Source: Candidatus Kuenenia stuttgartensis
Lineage (GTDB): Bacteria; Planctomycetota; Planctomycetia; Pirellulales; UBA1268
Assembly (NCBI GenBank): GCA_945883745.1
Contig: CAMCYH010000005.1
Location: 1-49,853, forward strand
Reading direction: 5' to 3'
DNA: 49,853 nt
The notes under the pieces were generated by a model that ran no database searches, was not told the origin of the DNA, and saw only the letters and a program-made list of their open reading frames with translations. Positions 41,293 to 49,853 of this stretch are shown here, piece by piece. The translations under genes were made by a program, and so were the position numbers. Every line of letters starts with the position of its first letter. Position 1 is the first letter of the stretch.

Positions 41293-42294
41293 TCACGGCA
41301 TCGGCATGGTCTCTCCGCCAAGGCGGGTCGCCAAGGCACGAAACGTGTTGAGATCGACATCGACGGCAATCAGCCGGACAGAGCCATCGGCATTCAGAAA
41401 ATTGCAGCCGTTCGAATGCGGCGAGAAGAACGCACTGGGACTGTTATCGGACTTGTTGGGGGGACTGCTGCGGATGTGGCACGTGGTGTGCACGTTTGTC
41501 GGCCGATAATTCTCCGATCGGTGGGAATAGCCCAACCGCTGCCACCAGCCATCTGCATGCACGACCTCACTTCCGGGAATCGTTCCCAGCCATGTCGCCT
41601 CCGCCATCCGGCTCATGCGTTCGCCGACACAGATCGTTTTGGATGTGCCGTCCGTGATGTCGCCGATTCGCACTCGGCTATTTCGGAAGAACACGCCATC
41701 GAAACGGCCATTGTGCTCATGATCAGAGGTCCCCAGGACACCGGTGTAGGAAGACACCGGTGCAGACGCGAGCACGGTACCAGCCCCAGACAAGACCGTG
41801 GCGGCCCCCGACTCGCCAAAATCCGAAACGTCGACCAGTCGGGGAGGTGTGTCGCTGGGGCAAATGGAGAAACTCACGAGAGCCGCGTTGCTGCGTGCCA
41901 CGGCGTTCGCGCCGTGCATGATCGGCAGGGAAAGGTCGAGTTGATCGTACAGCGAGCCTTGCTCTGCGTAGGGAAGAATGGACGAAAAAAAGCTCCATCC
42001 AGGCTCGAAGTAACTTGGTGTCGTGGTCGTCAATGTTCGCCAGTTGACATCGCCGGGATCATTCGTGGCAGCAAAGGCGGGAGGAAAATAGTTTCTTGAC
42101 CCGTGGAAGGCGTGGAGGGCCAGGCCGGTCTGCTTCAAATTATTCGAGCACTGGATACGCCGAGCCGCTTCCCGCGCTGACTGCACGGCCGGCAGCAGCA
42201 GCCCGATCAACACACCGATGATTGCGATCGCAACGAGCAGTTCGACGAGCGTCAACCCGCTGGCAACGGGAAGACGACGATTGACAGGAATCAT
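41293..42294 (-). CDS. DUF1559 prepilin-type protein
   Basis: GLTLVELLVAIAIIG...CSNNLKQ, DITDGTSKTICVGER, FFSPHSNGCNFLNADGSV. The start is set at ATG 42294, downstream of the sigma54 promoter. Confidence 0.93.
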   Translation of the reverse strand: MIPVNRRLPVASGLTLVELLVAIAIIGVLIGLLLPAVQSAREAARRIQCSNNLKQTGLALHAFHGSRNYFPPAFAATNDPGDVNWRTLTTTTPSYFEPGWSFFSSILPYAEQGSLYDQLDLSLPIMHGANAVARSNAALVSFSICPSDTPPRLVDVSDFGESGAATVLSGAGTVLASAPVSSYTGVLGTSDHEHNGRFDGVFFRNSRVRIGDITDGTSKTICVGERMSRMAEATWLGTIPGSEVVHADGWWQRLGYSHRSENYRPTNVHTTCHIRSSPPNKSDNSPSAFFSPHSNGCNFLNADGSVRLIAVDVDLNTFRALATRLGGETMPMP

Positions 42295-42343
42295 GAGGTC
42301 GCACACTTCGGAGGGATCGGCAGCAGAATCCGATTCCCTTCGA

Positions 42344-42359
42344 AGCAACTGTCGTGCCA
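42344..42359 (-). promoter_or_regulatory. Sigma54 (-24/-12) promoter
   Basis: The minus strand reads TGGCAC-GACAG-TTGCT, the consensus, about 50 bp upstream of the DUF1559 ATG and next to a sigma54 activator gene. Confidence 0.85.
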
Positions 42360-42476
42360 CCTTCAACAGAAAGCCCCGGGCAGGAGCCCGGGGGACTGCG
42401 GTGACGCCGGCTGGCGGTGTATCCCGCATGCTTGCGCCCTGCGGCTTGCTGGGGAAGGCTCGCGCCCGGCGGCTTC

Positions 42477-42516
42477 CTGGGGAAACGTTCGCCAGCGCTG
42501 GTGAAATATTTACCAA
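42477..42516. promoter_or_regulatory. Tandem palindromic candidate enhancer (UAS) sites
   Basis: CTGGGGAAACGTTCGCCAG (42477) and CTGGTGAAATATTTACCAA (42498), 21 bp apart and about 120-155 bp upstream of the -24 box. Confidence 0.6.
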
Positions 42517-42531
42517 CTCACCTACCCGGCC

Positions 42532-43914
42532 TCACCGATCCAGCTTCGATCGCAGCGTCGCACGATCGAGCCCCAGCATCCGGGCCGCGGCCGAACGATT
42601 GCCGCCCGTCCTCGCCAACACTTCGGCGAGCAGGTGTGATTCAACGAACTCAATGAGTCGCTCGTGGAGATTGGCAGCGGCGTCATCATGCCAGTGGGCC
42701 CCGACCCAGGCCCGTACCGCCGCGGCGAGCGTCTCCTCGACCGTCGAGCCCTGCCCGTCATTCGCAGCCCGCTCCTCATGAGCCGGCGGTGGCAGGTGCT
42801 CAGCCCCGAGCGTGCCGCCGCGGGCCATCACCGCCGCATACTCCACAGCATGCCGCAATTCCCGCACGTTGCCAGGCCACGTCCGTGACCGAACTGCCGC
42901 CAGAAATTCCGGCGCGACAGTCGGCATCGGTTCGCTGCGGCTCGTCAGAAAGGCATCGACAAGGAGGGGAATGTCATCGAGCCGCTCCGCGAGCGTCGGC
43001 ATGGTCATCGGGAACACCCGCAGTCGGTGATGCAGGTCGGCCCGAAACCTTCCGGCAGCCGTGGCTGCGGAGAGGTCGGCATTTGTGGCCGCGATCACCC
43101 GCACATCCACTCGCCGCGGCGTGGCCGCTCCGACCGGCGTGATCTCGCGGTTCTCGAGGACTCGCAGCAACTTGGCCTGCACGTCGAGCGGCGCATCCCC
43201 CACCTCGTCGAGAAAGATCGTGCCGCCGTCGGCCTCCGCAAAGAGGCCGGTGCGATCGGTGACCGCACCCGTAAAGGCGCCCCGCACATGCCCAAACAGT
43301 TCACTCTCGACGACACTCGGCGCCAGGGCGGCCAGGCTCGTTACGACGAGCGGCTTGTCGCCACGACCGCCGTGGGCGTGAATAGCCCGGGCGGCGAGTT
43401 CCTTACCCGTGCCTGTTGCACCGGTAATCAACACCGGCAGGTCCGTCGGAGCGACCAGCGCGATCTGCTTGAACACGGTCTGCATCGGGGGCGAACCACC
43501 TATCAGTTGCATCGTGTCGGATCGGCGGCCGGCGGCGCGATCGCCACGACGAGGCCGCTCAGCTAATGCCCGCGCCGCCACCTGCGACACCCGTTCGAGA
43601 TCGAACGGCTTCACGAGGTAGTCATAGGCCCCCGCCTCGACTGCCCGCACGGCGGTGTCGAGATCGCCAAAGGCAGTCATGACGATGATCGGCGACTCGG
43701 GAACGATCGCTCGAAACGCAGGAAGTGCGGAAATCCCGTCGGCTCCCGGCAGCCGCACGTCGAGCAGGATCGCCTCGGGCGACTGTCGGCCGCACGTCTC
43801 GAGTCCCGCTTCCACGCTCGCCGCCACTTCCACGGCGTGCCCCTCGTCGGTGAGCACCTCGCGGAGGCTCCAGCCGATGGCCGGCTCGTCGTCGACGATG
43901 AGGATGCGGCTCAT
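42532..43914 (-). CDS. Sigma54-dependent NtrC-family response regulator
   Basis: Receiver domain (ILIVDDE, LLDVRLP), GATGTGKE, ESELFGH.RGAFTGA, FLDEVG, WPGNVREL, Fis-type HTH. Confidence 0.95.
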   Translation of the reverse strand: MSRILIVDDEPAIGWSLREVLTDEGHAVEVAASVEAGLETCGRQSPEAILLDVRLPGADGISALPAFRAIVPESPIIVMTAFGDLDTAVRAVEAGAYDYLVKPFDLERVSQVAARALAERPRRGDRAAGRRSDTMQLIGGSPPMQTVFKQIALVAPTDLPVLITGATGTGKELAARAIHAHGGRGDKPLVVTSLAALAPSVVESELFGHVRGAFTGAVTDRTGLFAEADGGTIFLDEVGDAPLDVQAKLLRVLENREITPVGAATPRRVDVRVIAATNADLSAATAAGRFRADLHHRLRVFPMTMPTLAERLDDIPLLVDAFLTSRSEPMPTVAPEFLAAVRSRTWPGNVRELRHAVEYAAVMARGGTLGAEHLPPPAHEERAANDGQGSTVEETLAAAVRAWVGAHWHDDAAANLHERLIEFVESHLLAEVLARTGGNRSAAARMLGLDRATLRSKLDR

Positions 43915-45320
43915 GTGGTGGCCTGGCTACCGGTCGGTGACGAGGGTGCGCTGGTGGCGGCGACTGACGGGATCGCTATGACAAACCGCGTACTGTCGCC
44001 GTGGCGGCTCCATTCAAGCCTGCCGCCGTGAGATTCCGCAACCGTGCGGGCCACGGCGAGGCCGAGACCGATGCCCTCCGGTTTGCTGGTCACGAAGGGC
44101 TCGTGCATCGCATCGCGAATCGCGGGCGCCGGCCCCGGACCTGTGTCGTCAACGCCGATCCGAATGCCATCGGCGTCCTTCACGGCCCAGAGGTAGACAC
44201 TTCCGGCCACGCCCGCCGCATCGATGCCGTTGAGCATGAGATTGACGAGCGCCGATCGCAGTGGCTCGCGGCGGCCTGTGACCATGAGATCCCGATCGGC
44301 CTGATGCATGATTCGCGTGCCGGCATGGCTGCATCGCGGGCCGACCAGGTCGCACACGTCCTGCAGCAGGCCGGCTGCGGAAAACGACGTCGTCGCGACC
44401 TCCTCGGGCCGGCCGAGCATGAGCAACCCCCGCACCTCCTCCTCGAGCACGTCGAGTTGGCGGATGGCCACGTCGAGGCTCGTGTCATCTTTCTTCGCGG
44501 CCTCAACGCCATGGCACCGCCGCCGGTGGAGATCGACCGCGAGCCGGGCACCCGTGACGGCGTTGCGCACCTCGTGGGCGAAGCCCGCCGCCATCTGCCC
44601 GAGGAGTCGTTGCCGCTCACCGCCGACGAGTGATTCGCGTTGGCCGGCGAGCGTCTGGCTCATCCGGTTGACCCCCGCAACCAGCCGAGTGATCTCGTCA
44701 GGTTCATCACCAGGAGGCCGCTCCTGCAGTTCACTTCCAAAGTCACCACCCGCGATCCGCGCCACGTGGCGGTCGATATCCCCTAGCCGAGCGGCGATGC
44801 TGCTCGTCATCCGCAGGCCCAGCGGCACGAGCGTGGCGAGAGTGCCGGCGGCGACGACGAGCATTGGCCACACGCGATTCCACGTGGCTCGTGCCACACT
44901 CTCCCGCGGTGACAGCACGAGCACCGTCTCCGGACGCACGCCCGCTGACCGCACGGTTCCGACACGATAGGGGAGCGTGTCCAGCACGACCGCGCCCGCC
45001 ACCAAGCCCTGCTTGAGGAGCGCTGCCGCAACTGGACTGACCGGCAGCGTGGTGAGGCCGGGAGTCTCATTGGCGACATCCCAGACGACATAGTGGTCGC
45101 CAGTGAGCCGGTGCAGCGCCGCCAGAATCGGAGCCGACACGGCGACCCGTGACTGAGCGAGCGTGTCAGCCACCTGCTCCCGCCGCTGTCGTGCGGCCAG
45201 CGACTCCTGCCGCATCGCCCACCAGGCGTTGAAGCCGACGTTCGCCACCACGGCCGCCAAGACAAGCACGACGACCGGCGCAACCAGCCGGCCGGCCAGA
45301 GAAGAAGAGAAAGGGAGCAT
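43911..45320 (-). CDS. HAMP-domain sensor histidine kinase
   Basis: Two TM segments, HAMP, FAHEVRN, NLMLNGIDA, DTGPG, FVTSKPEGIGLGL; ATGA overlap with the regulator. Confidence 0.92.
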   Translation of the reverse strand: MLPFSSSLAGRLVAPVVVLVLAAVVANVGFNAWWAMRQESLAARQRREQVADTLAQSRVAVSAPILAALHRLTGDHYVVWDVANETPGLTTLPVSPVAAALLKQGLVAGAVVLDTLPYRVGTVRSAGVRPETVLVLSPRESVARATWNRVWPMLVVAAGTLATLVPLGLRMTSSIAARLGDIDRHVARIAGGDFGSELQERPPGDEPDEITRLVAGVNRMSQTLAGQRESLVGGERQRLLGQMAAGFAHEVRNAVTGARLAVDLHRRRCHGVEAAKKDDTSLDVAIRQLDVLEEEVRGLLMLGRPEEVATTSFSAAGLLQDVCDLVGPRCSHAGTRIMHQADRDLMVTGRREPLRSALVNLMLNGIDAAGVAGSVYLWAVKDADGIRIGVDDTGPGPAPAIRDAMHEPFVTSKPEGIGLGLAVARTVAESHGGRLEWSRHGDSTRFVIAIPSVAATSAPSSPTGSQATT

Positions 45321-45372
45321 GCCAATCAGACTACCGCGGCATATCCACAGCGACAGGCTGCGCCTGTCTTCC

Positions 45373-45391
45373 TTTGCGAACGTTTCACCGC
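45373..45391 (-). promoter_or_regulatory. Third copy of the UAS-like motif, upstream of the kinase
   Basis: The minus strand reads GCGGTGAAACGTTCGCAAA, 14/19 identical to the site at 42477. Confidence 0.45.
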
Positions 45392-45578
45392 TACCCGGGA
45401 GGGGCGGCCCGTGTCCTCGAGCGGGCTGTGGGAGCAAGCGCAGCCATGGATGGCGAAGCGCCGCGGACACGGCAGTGAACGGAGGCCTGGAGGGCCGACG
45501 TGAACGTCCGGCGAGAGGACACGGGCAGCCCCGAACCACGCGTTCCTACGAGAAAAACGCAAAAATCAAAAAAGATTG

Positions 45579-45610
45579 ATTGACATATCGTTAGATTACG
45601 ATATATCAAT
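45579..45610 (+). promoter_or_regulatory. ArsR-type operator inverted repeat containing TTGACA
   Basis: ATTGACATATCGT-N6-ACGATATATCAAT (12/13 arm match), 25 bp before the regulator ATG; TTGACA at 45580-45585. Confidence 0.8.
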
Positions 45611-45635
45611 ACGTAAGCCGCCCACGAGTATCCCC

Positions 45636-45968
45636 ATGGTCGCAAAAACAGCCCCCAACCGCCCCCCGCTGATCGGCCTCGAAGCCCTTGGCCAGGCCGC
45701 CGAATGCCTGCGGACGCTGGCCCATCCGCACCGATTACGGATCGTGCAGATGCTGCTCGGCGGTCGCTACATGGTGGGCGAATTGGCCGACGCGTGCGGC
45801 ATCCCAAGCCACATGGCCTCCGAGCACCTGCGACTCATGCAGCGGTGCGGCTTTCTCACGGCTGCCAAGGAAGGCCGTTGCACGTACTACACGATCGCCG
45901 AGCCCCACCTGGCCAACATCATGGCCTGCATCGAGGCCCGCTTCGGAGGCGGGCCGCAATCTGGATAA
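45636..45968 (+). CDS. ArsR/SmtB family regulator (BigR/SqrR-like context)
   Basis: LRTLAHPHRLRIVQML...VGELA......ASEHLRLM...FL...KEGR..YY; five Cys residues. Confidence 0.9.
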   Translation: MVAKTAPNRPPLIGLEALGQAAECLRTLAHPHRLRIVQMLLGGRYMVGELADACGIPSHMASEHLRLMQRCGFLTAAKEGRCTYYTIAEPHLANIMACIEARFGGGPQSG

Positions 45969-46046
45969 CCGCCCCGTTTCTTTGAGAACACACTGCTTTC
46001 GGTCTGACACCTGTTTCTTTCCATTCCCACGAAGGAGATTTCCATC

Positions 46047-46994
46047 ATGGTCGCCACGATTTCTGCTCAAGCCCTTGCCGATCTGCGACGCCGCGGCGAG
46101 TCGCTCACGCTCATCGACGTCCGCACGCCGGCCGAGTATGGCGAGGTGCACGTCGACTGTGCCCGCAACATGCCGCTCGACCGGCTCGATCCGCACGCCG
46201 TGGTCGCCGAGCACGGCGCTAGAAATGCACCGATCTACTTCGTCTGCCGTTCGGGCGGTCGCAGCAAGCAGGCCTGTGAGAAGATGCTCGCGGCCGGCAT
46301 CGATAACGTGGTCAGTGTCGACGGCGGTACGGCAGCCTGTGAATCGGCCGGCGTCTCCGTGATCCGCGGCAAGAAGGCGATGTCGCTCGAGCGGCAGGTG
46401 CGGATCGCCGCCGGTGCCCTGGTTGCCGTCGGAGCAGCCCTTGCGGCGTTCGGTCCCGACCCGACGTGGAAGCTCATCGGCGCCGGCCTCGCCGGATTTG
46501 TCGGCTGCGGTCTTGTCTTCGCCGGGATCACCGACACCTGCGGGATGGCGATGCTCATCGCTCGGATGCCCTGGAACCAGCGGTATGCCGGCGCCACGAC
46601 CTGCGCGCGGGCGATCCTGCTGGGGCTCGTCTTTGGCGGACTCACCGGCACAGCCTTTGCGGAACATACGAAGGATTCGCTCGCCCAGGTCCAGCAGGCC
46701 GTCGCCGACAACAAGGCGGTGATCGTCGACGTCCGCGAGCCGGAGGAATGGGCGGAGGGCCATCTCTCCGGTGCCCGACTCGTGCCGCTCAGTGCCCTCG
46801 AAAAAGGCGTCAACCCGGCCGAAATCGCCCGCGTCCTGCCAAAAGACAAGATCATCTACTGTCATTGCCTCGTCGGTGGCCGCTGCCTGGAGGCCGCCCG
46901 CCTGCTCCAGCCGCTCGGCTATGACGTGCGGCCCCTCAAGGCCGGTTACCCCGCGCTCGTGAAGGCCGGCTTTCCGGCTGTCGTCGGCCAGTGA
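46047..46994 (+). CDS. Rhodanese-DUF2892 (YgaP-like) protein fused to a second rhodanese
   Basis: RBS AAGGAG; IDVRTPAEY..CRSGGRS; MSLERQVRIAAG..GITDTCGM..LIARMPWN; hydrophobic stretch ending AFA; VDVREPEEW..HCLVGGRC. Confidence 0.88.
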   Translation: MVATISAQALADLRRRGESLTLIDVRTPAEYGEVHVDCARNMPLDRLDPHAVVAEHGARNAPIYFVCRSGGRSKQACEKMLAAGIDNVVSVDGGTAACESAGVSVIRGKKAMSLERQVRIAAGALVAVGAALAAFGPDPTWKLIGAGLAGFVGCGLVFAGITDTCGMAMLIARMPWNQRYAGATTCARAILLGLVFGGLTGTAFAEHTKDSLAQVQQAVADNKAVIVDVREPEEWAEGHLSGARLVPLSALEKGVNPAEIARVLPKDKIIYCHCLVGGRCLEAARLLQPLGYDVRPLKAGYPALVKAGFPAVVGQ

Positions 46995-47038
46995 ATCGTC
47001 ATCCCTGAACGATCAAACCAACCTACGGAGCCCCACCC

Positions 47039-48442
47039 ATGAAGATCCAGCAGTACTACCTGGCCTGCCTGTCGCATGCCTCCTACATGATCACCGACGA
47101 GAAGACGAAGACGGCCGCCGTGGTCGACCCGCAACGTGACATCGATCAGTATCTCGCCGATGCCGAGGCCGGCGGCTACACGATCAAGCATGTTTTTCTC
47201 ACCCATTTTCACGCCGACTTCATTGCGGGCCACATCGAGTTGCGTGACAGGGCGGGCGCGACGATCCACCTCGGCCGCCGGGCTGAGGCGGAGTTTGAGT
47301 GCGTCCACATGAAGGACGGCGACGTGGTCGAATTCGGTGACGTGAAGCTGGAGATCATGGAGACGCCCGGCCACACTCCGGAAGGCATCTCGATTCTCGT
47401 CTACGACCTCGCCACGAGTGCAACCGTGCCTGAGGCCGTGCTCACCGGCGACACGCTCTTCATCGGAGATGTCGGTCGGCCCGACCTGCTCGCCAGCATC
47501 GGTGTAACTGCCGACGAGCTGGCCGACATGCTTTACGACAGCATCACGAACAAGCTGATGAGGCTGCCCGACGCCACGCTGGTCTACCCAGCCCACGGTG
47601 CCGGCAGCATGTGCGGCAAGAGCCTCTCCAAGGAGACCGTCTCCACGATCGGTGAGCAGAAGAAGTTCAACTATGCCCTCCAGCCGATGAGCCGGGAGGC
47701 GTTCAAGCAGATTGTGACGGCCGACCAGCCCGAGGCGCCCGACTACTTCGTGCACGACGCCATCCTCAACCGCAAGGAGCGAACCGCCCTCCACGACGCC
47801 ATGGAAAAGCAGCTGCAGCCACTGGCGATCGATGAGGTGCTGGCCCTCGAGAAGGCGGGAGCCCAGCTGCTCGACGTCCGTGACGGCATCGACTTCGAGG
47901 GGGGGCACCTCAAGGGATCTCTCAACATCGCGCTCTCGGGAAAGTACGCGACGTGGGCCGGCTCGATGCTCTCCCACGATCGACCGATCGTCGTGATCGC
48001 CGAAGAAGGGGGCGAAGATGAGGCCGTCATGCGGCTGGGACGAATCGGCTTCGATAACGTCGCCGGGTTCCTCGCTGGCGGCATGAACGCCCTGCTCAAG
48101 CGGGATGACCTCGTGGAACGGACCGAGCGGATCACCTCGCCGGCGCTGGCAGAGTGGATGAGCGGCACGCGGGCCGACATGGGTACGAAGCCACTGATCA
48201 TCGACGTGCGGAGTGAGGCCGAGCACGCTGGTGGCCACATCGAGGGCAGCATGAACATTCCGCTGACCCATCTCGAGGAACGGGTCGGGGAGCTGCCCGC
48301 CGGCAAGCCGCTGGTGGTTCACTGCGAAGGGGGCTACCGCTCGGCGATCGCCGCCAGCCTGCTCCAGAAACTGGGGCGATCGCATGTGCATGACATGGTG
48401 GGCGGCTACAAGGCGTGGGCGGCCACGAAAGCATCCGCGTGA
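47039..48442 (+). CDS. Persulfide dioxygenase-rhodanese fusion (CstB-like MBL fold)
   Basis: LTHFHADF, TPGHTPE, TGDTLFIGDVGRPDL, YPAHGAGSMCGK, then two rhodanese domains, the last with HCEGGYRS. Confidence 0.9.
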   Translation: MKIQQYYLACLSHASYMITDEKTKTAAVVDPQRDIDQYLADAEAGGYTIKHVFLTHFHADFIAGHIELRDRAGATIHLGRRAEAEFECVHMKDGDVVEFGDVKLEIMETPGHTPEGISILVYDLATSATVPEAVLTGDTLFIGDVGRPDLLASIGVTADELADMLYDSITNKLMRLPDATLVYPAHGAGSMCGKSLSKETVSTIGEQKKFNYALQPMSREAFKQIVTADQPEAPDYFVHDAILNRKERTALHDAMEKQLQPLAIDEVLALEKAGAQLLDVRDGIDFEGGHLKGSLNIALSGKYATWAGSMLSHDRPIVVIAEEGGEDEAVMRLGRIGFDNVAGFLAGGMNALLKRDDLVERTERITSPALAEWMSGTRADMGTKPLIIDVRSEAEHAGGHIEGSMNIPLTHLEERVGELPAGKPLVVHCEGGYRSAIAASLLQKLGRSHVHDMVGGYKAWAATKASA

Positions 48443-49314
48443 GCCCCCTCCCGATGCTTCCGCTGTTCGCCGAAGCCGTCGCTGCGACCGCCCCCCTCTC
48501 CCCCGAGGCTGTCGCGGCCGGTGGGCTCGTCGGTCTCTCCCTCGGCCTGACCGGTGGCGGCGGGGCGATCTTCGCCGTGCCGCTGCTGGTGTACTGGCTG
48601 GGCGTCGACCCGAAGACGGCGGTCAGCATCTCGCTGGTCACGGTGGCAGTGACAGCGCTCGTGGGAGCCGTTGAACGGTGGTGGTACGGCCAGGTGGAAA
48701 TTCCCACCGGGCTCCTCTTCGCCGCCGCTGGCATGGCCGCCACGCCGCTGGGAAGTTGGCTCGGCACGCTCGTCCCCGCGACGCTGCTGCTGGCCGCCTT
48801 CTCGCTCCTCATGCTCGTGATCGCCGCGCGCATGTGGCTCAAGGCGAGAGATACCTCCGAGCGGATTTCACCCGCCGCCGTCGATGCCGGTGGCGGCCCG
48901 GCCTGTCGCCGTGATCCCGAAGGCAAACTGCGAATGACCAGTCGGTGCGCCAGCGTGCTCACCTCCGTGGGCCTCGCCGTCGGCGTCCTGTCCGGCCTGT
49001 TCGGCGTCGGCGGTGGCTTTCTTATCGTGCCGGCACTCGTCACATTCGCCTCGATGGGCGTGCCGCGGGCTGTCGGGACATCGCTCTTGGTGATGACGCT
49101 CGTCGGTGCTGCCGGCGTGGCCTCGCACGTTGCCGCCGGCCGGGCGATTCCAGCCGACATCGCTCTCGGTTTCGTCGCCGGCAGCATCCCAGGCCTGTTT
49201 GCCGGTTCGTTCATCGGCCGGCGACTTACCGGGCCGCTCCTGTCACGGATTTTCGCGGTGGCGATCGTTTGCGTCGCCACCTTCGTGATCGCCAAGACCG
49301 TTATCGGGCTGTGA
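48439..49314 (+). CDS. TauE/SafE family sulfite exporter
   Basis: GTGA overlap; GLTGGGGAIFAVP and GLFGVGGGFLIVP repeats; about 8 TM segments. Confidence 0.9.
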   Translation: MSPLPMLPLFAEAVAATAPLSPEAVAAGGLVGLSLGLTGGGGAIFAVPLLVYWLGVDPKTAVSISLVTVAVTALVGAVERWWYGQVEIPTGLLFAAAGMAATPLGSWLGTLVPATLLLAAFSLLMLVIAARMWLKARDTSERISPAAVDAGGGPACRRDPEGKLRMTSRCASVLTSVGLAVGVLSGLFGVGGGFLIVPALVTFASMGVPRAVGTSLLVMTLVGAAGVASHVAAGRAIPADIALGFVAGSIPGLFAGSFIGRRLTGPLLSRIFAVAIVCVATFVIAKTVIGL

Positions 49315-49454
49315 CTCCCTGCTCGCCACACCCCCCAGCCCCCGTATCCTGACAGAGGGCGTTGCAATCCGAGCCGTGAAGTTGCCGACAACTCTTTCAG
49401 ACTCGCAGCGCTTCCCTCCGGCCGCGGGCGGGACCGTCATGGGCACCTCCTCAC

Positions 49455-49853
49455 GTGCGCACTCTTCTCCACATTCCGCGGCTGGCCTTGATCGCGGTGG
49501 CCTTGATAGCCCAGCCGGCCGGACGCACGGCCCATGGCAGGGAGATCCAAGATCTCAATGCCGACCGTGATGCGTTTACGCCGACGACTCTCACCGTTGA
49601 ACCCGGCCACGCGCTCATCGAAACGGCCTACACATTCATCGACAACCGCGAGGGACCCGAGACCCACAGTTTTCCCGAACTGCTCCTTCGCAAAGGCCTT
49701 ACCAAGCGACTCGAACTTCGGCTCGGGGCCAATCAGGAGATCGGTTCGGGTGGCAGTGTCGTCACGGCCATCGAGACGGGCGAGGGAATGGGCGAGGAGG
49801 TCTCCGCGGAGACGACCTTATTTTACGGGCTCAAGGCTCAGCTCAGCGATCAG
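49455..49853 (+). CDS. Putative outer-membrane channel (Phenol_MetA_deg-like transporter), 3'-partial
   Basis: Hand-translated from GTG 49455: signal peptide, then ADRDAFTPTTLTVEPGHALIETAYTFIDN....THSFPELLLRKGLTKRLELRLG; open to the window end and absent from the ORF track. Confidence 0.7.
   Translation, partial: MRTLLHIPRLALIAVALIAQPAGRTAHGREIQDLNADRDAFTPTTLTVEPGHALIETAYTFIDNREGPETHSFPELLLRKGLTKRLELRLGANQEIGSGGSVVTAIETGEGMGEEVSAETTLFYGLKAQLSDQ

Noticed and set aside
45590-45597. GTTAGATT inside the ArsR operator as a third ECF motif
   Set aside because: It lacks the downstream CGGGAGC element and is likely coincidental.
45735-49391. Long minus-strand ORFs (376, 481 and 397 aa)
   Set aside because: Antisense shadows of the rhodanese, dioxygenase and TauE genes.
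1-49853. CRISPR array, rRNA, transposase or integrase genes
   Set aside because: No regularly spaced repeats, rRNA-like sequence or recombinase catalytic motifs were seen.

Overview
High-GC bacterial DNA with a planctomycete (Pirellulales-like) gene repertoire: two PVC-type heme-c proteins, DUF1592/DUF1552 and DUF1553/DUF1501 pairs, three DUF1559 prepilin-type genes, an ECF sigma/FecR pair and a sulfatase. The first ~3.3 kb look like the right end of a genomic island. They are visibly less GC-rich and end in the 3' half of a CAT-anticodon tRNA (3296-3337, att-like). They carry a zinc-ribbon-repeat/Vsr-like endonuclease gene that the ORF track missed, plus a truncated MmeI-type nuclease. Regulatory sites read directly from the DNA are: a motif shared upstream of the ECF sigma gene and one DUF1559 gene; a consensus sigma54 promoter with tandem enhancer-like palindromes for another DUF1559 gene; and an ArsR-type operator heading a persulfide-handling operon. 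That operon includes an unusual rhodanese-DUF2892-signal-like-rhodanese fusion. Two toxin-antitoxin pairs, pxpBC/pxpA, a class II phosphodiesterase and porins are also present. All family calls come from motif recognition by eye; no database search was run.
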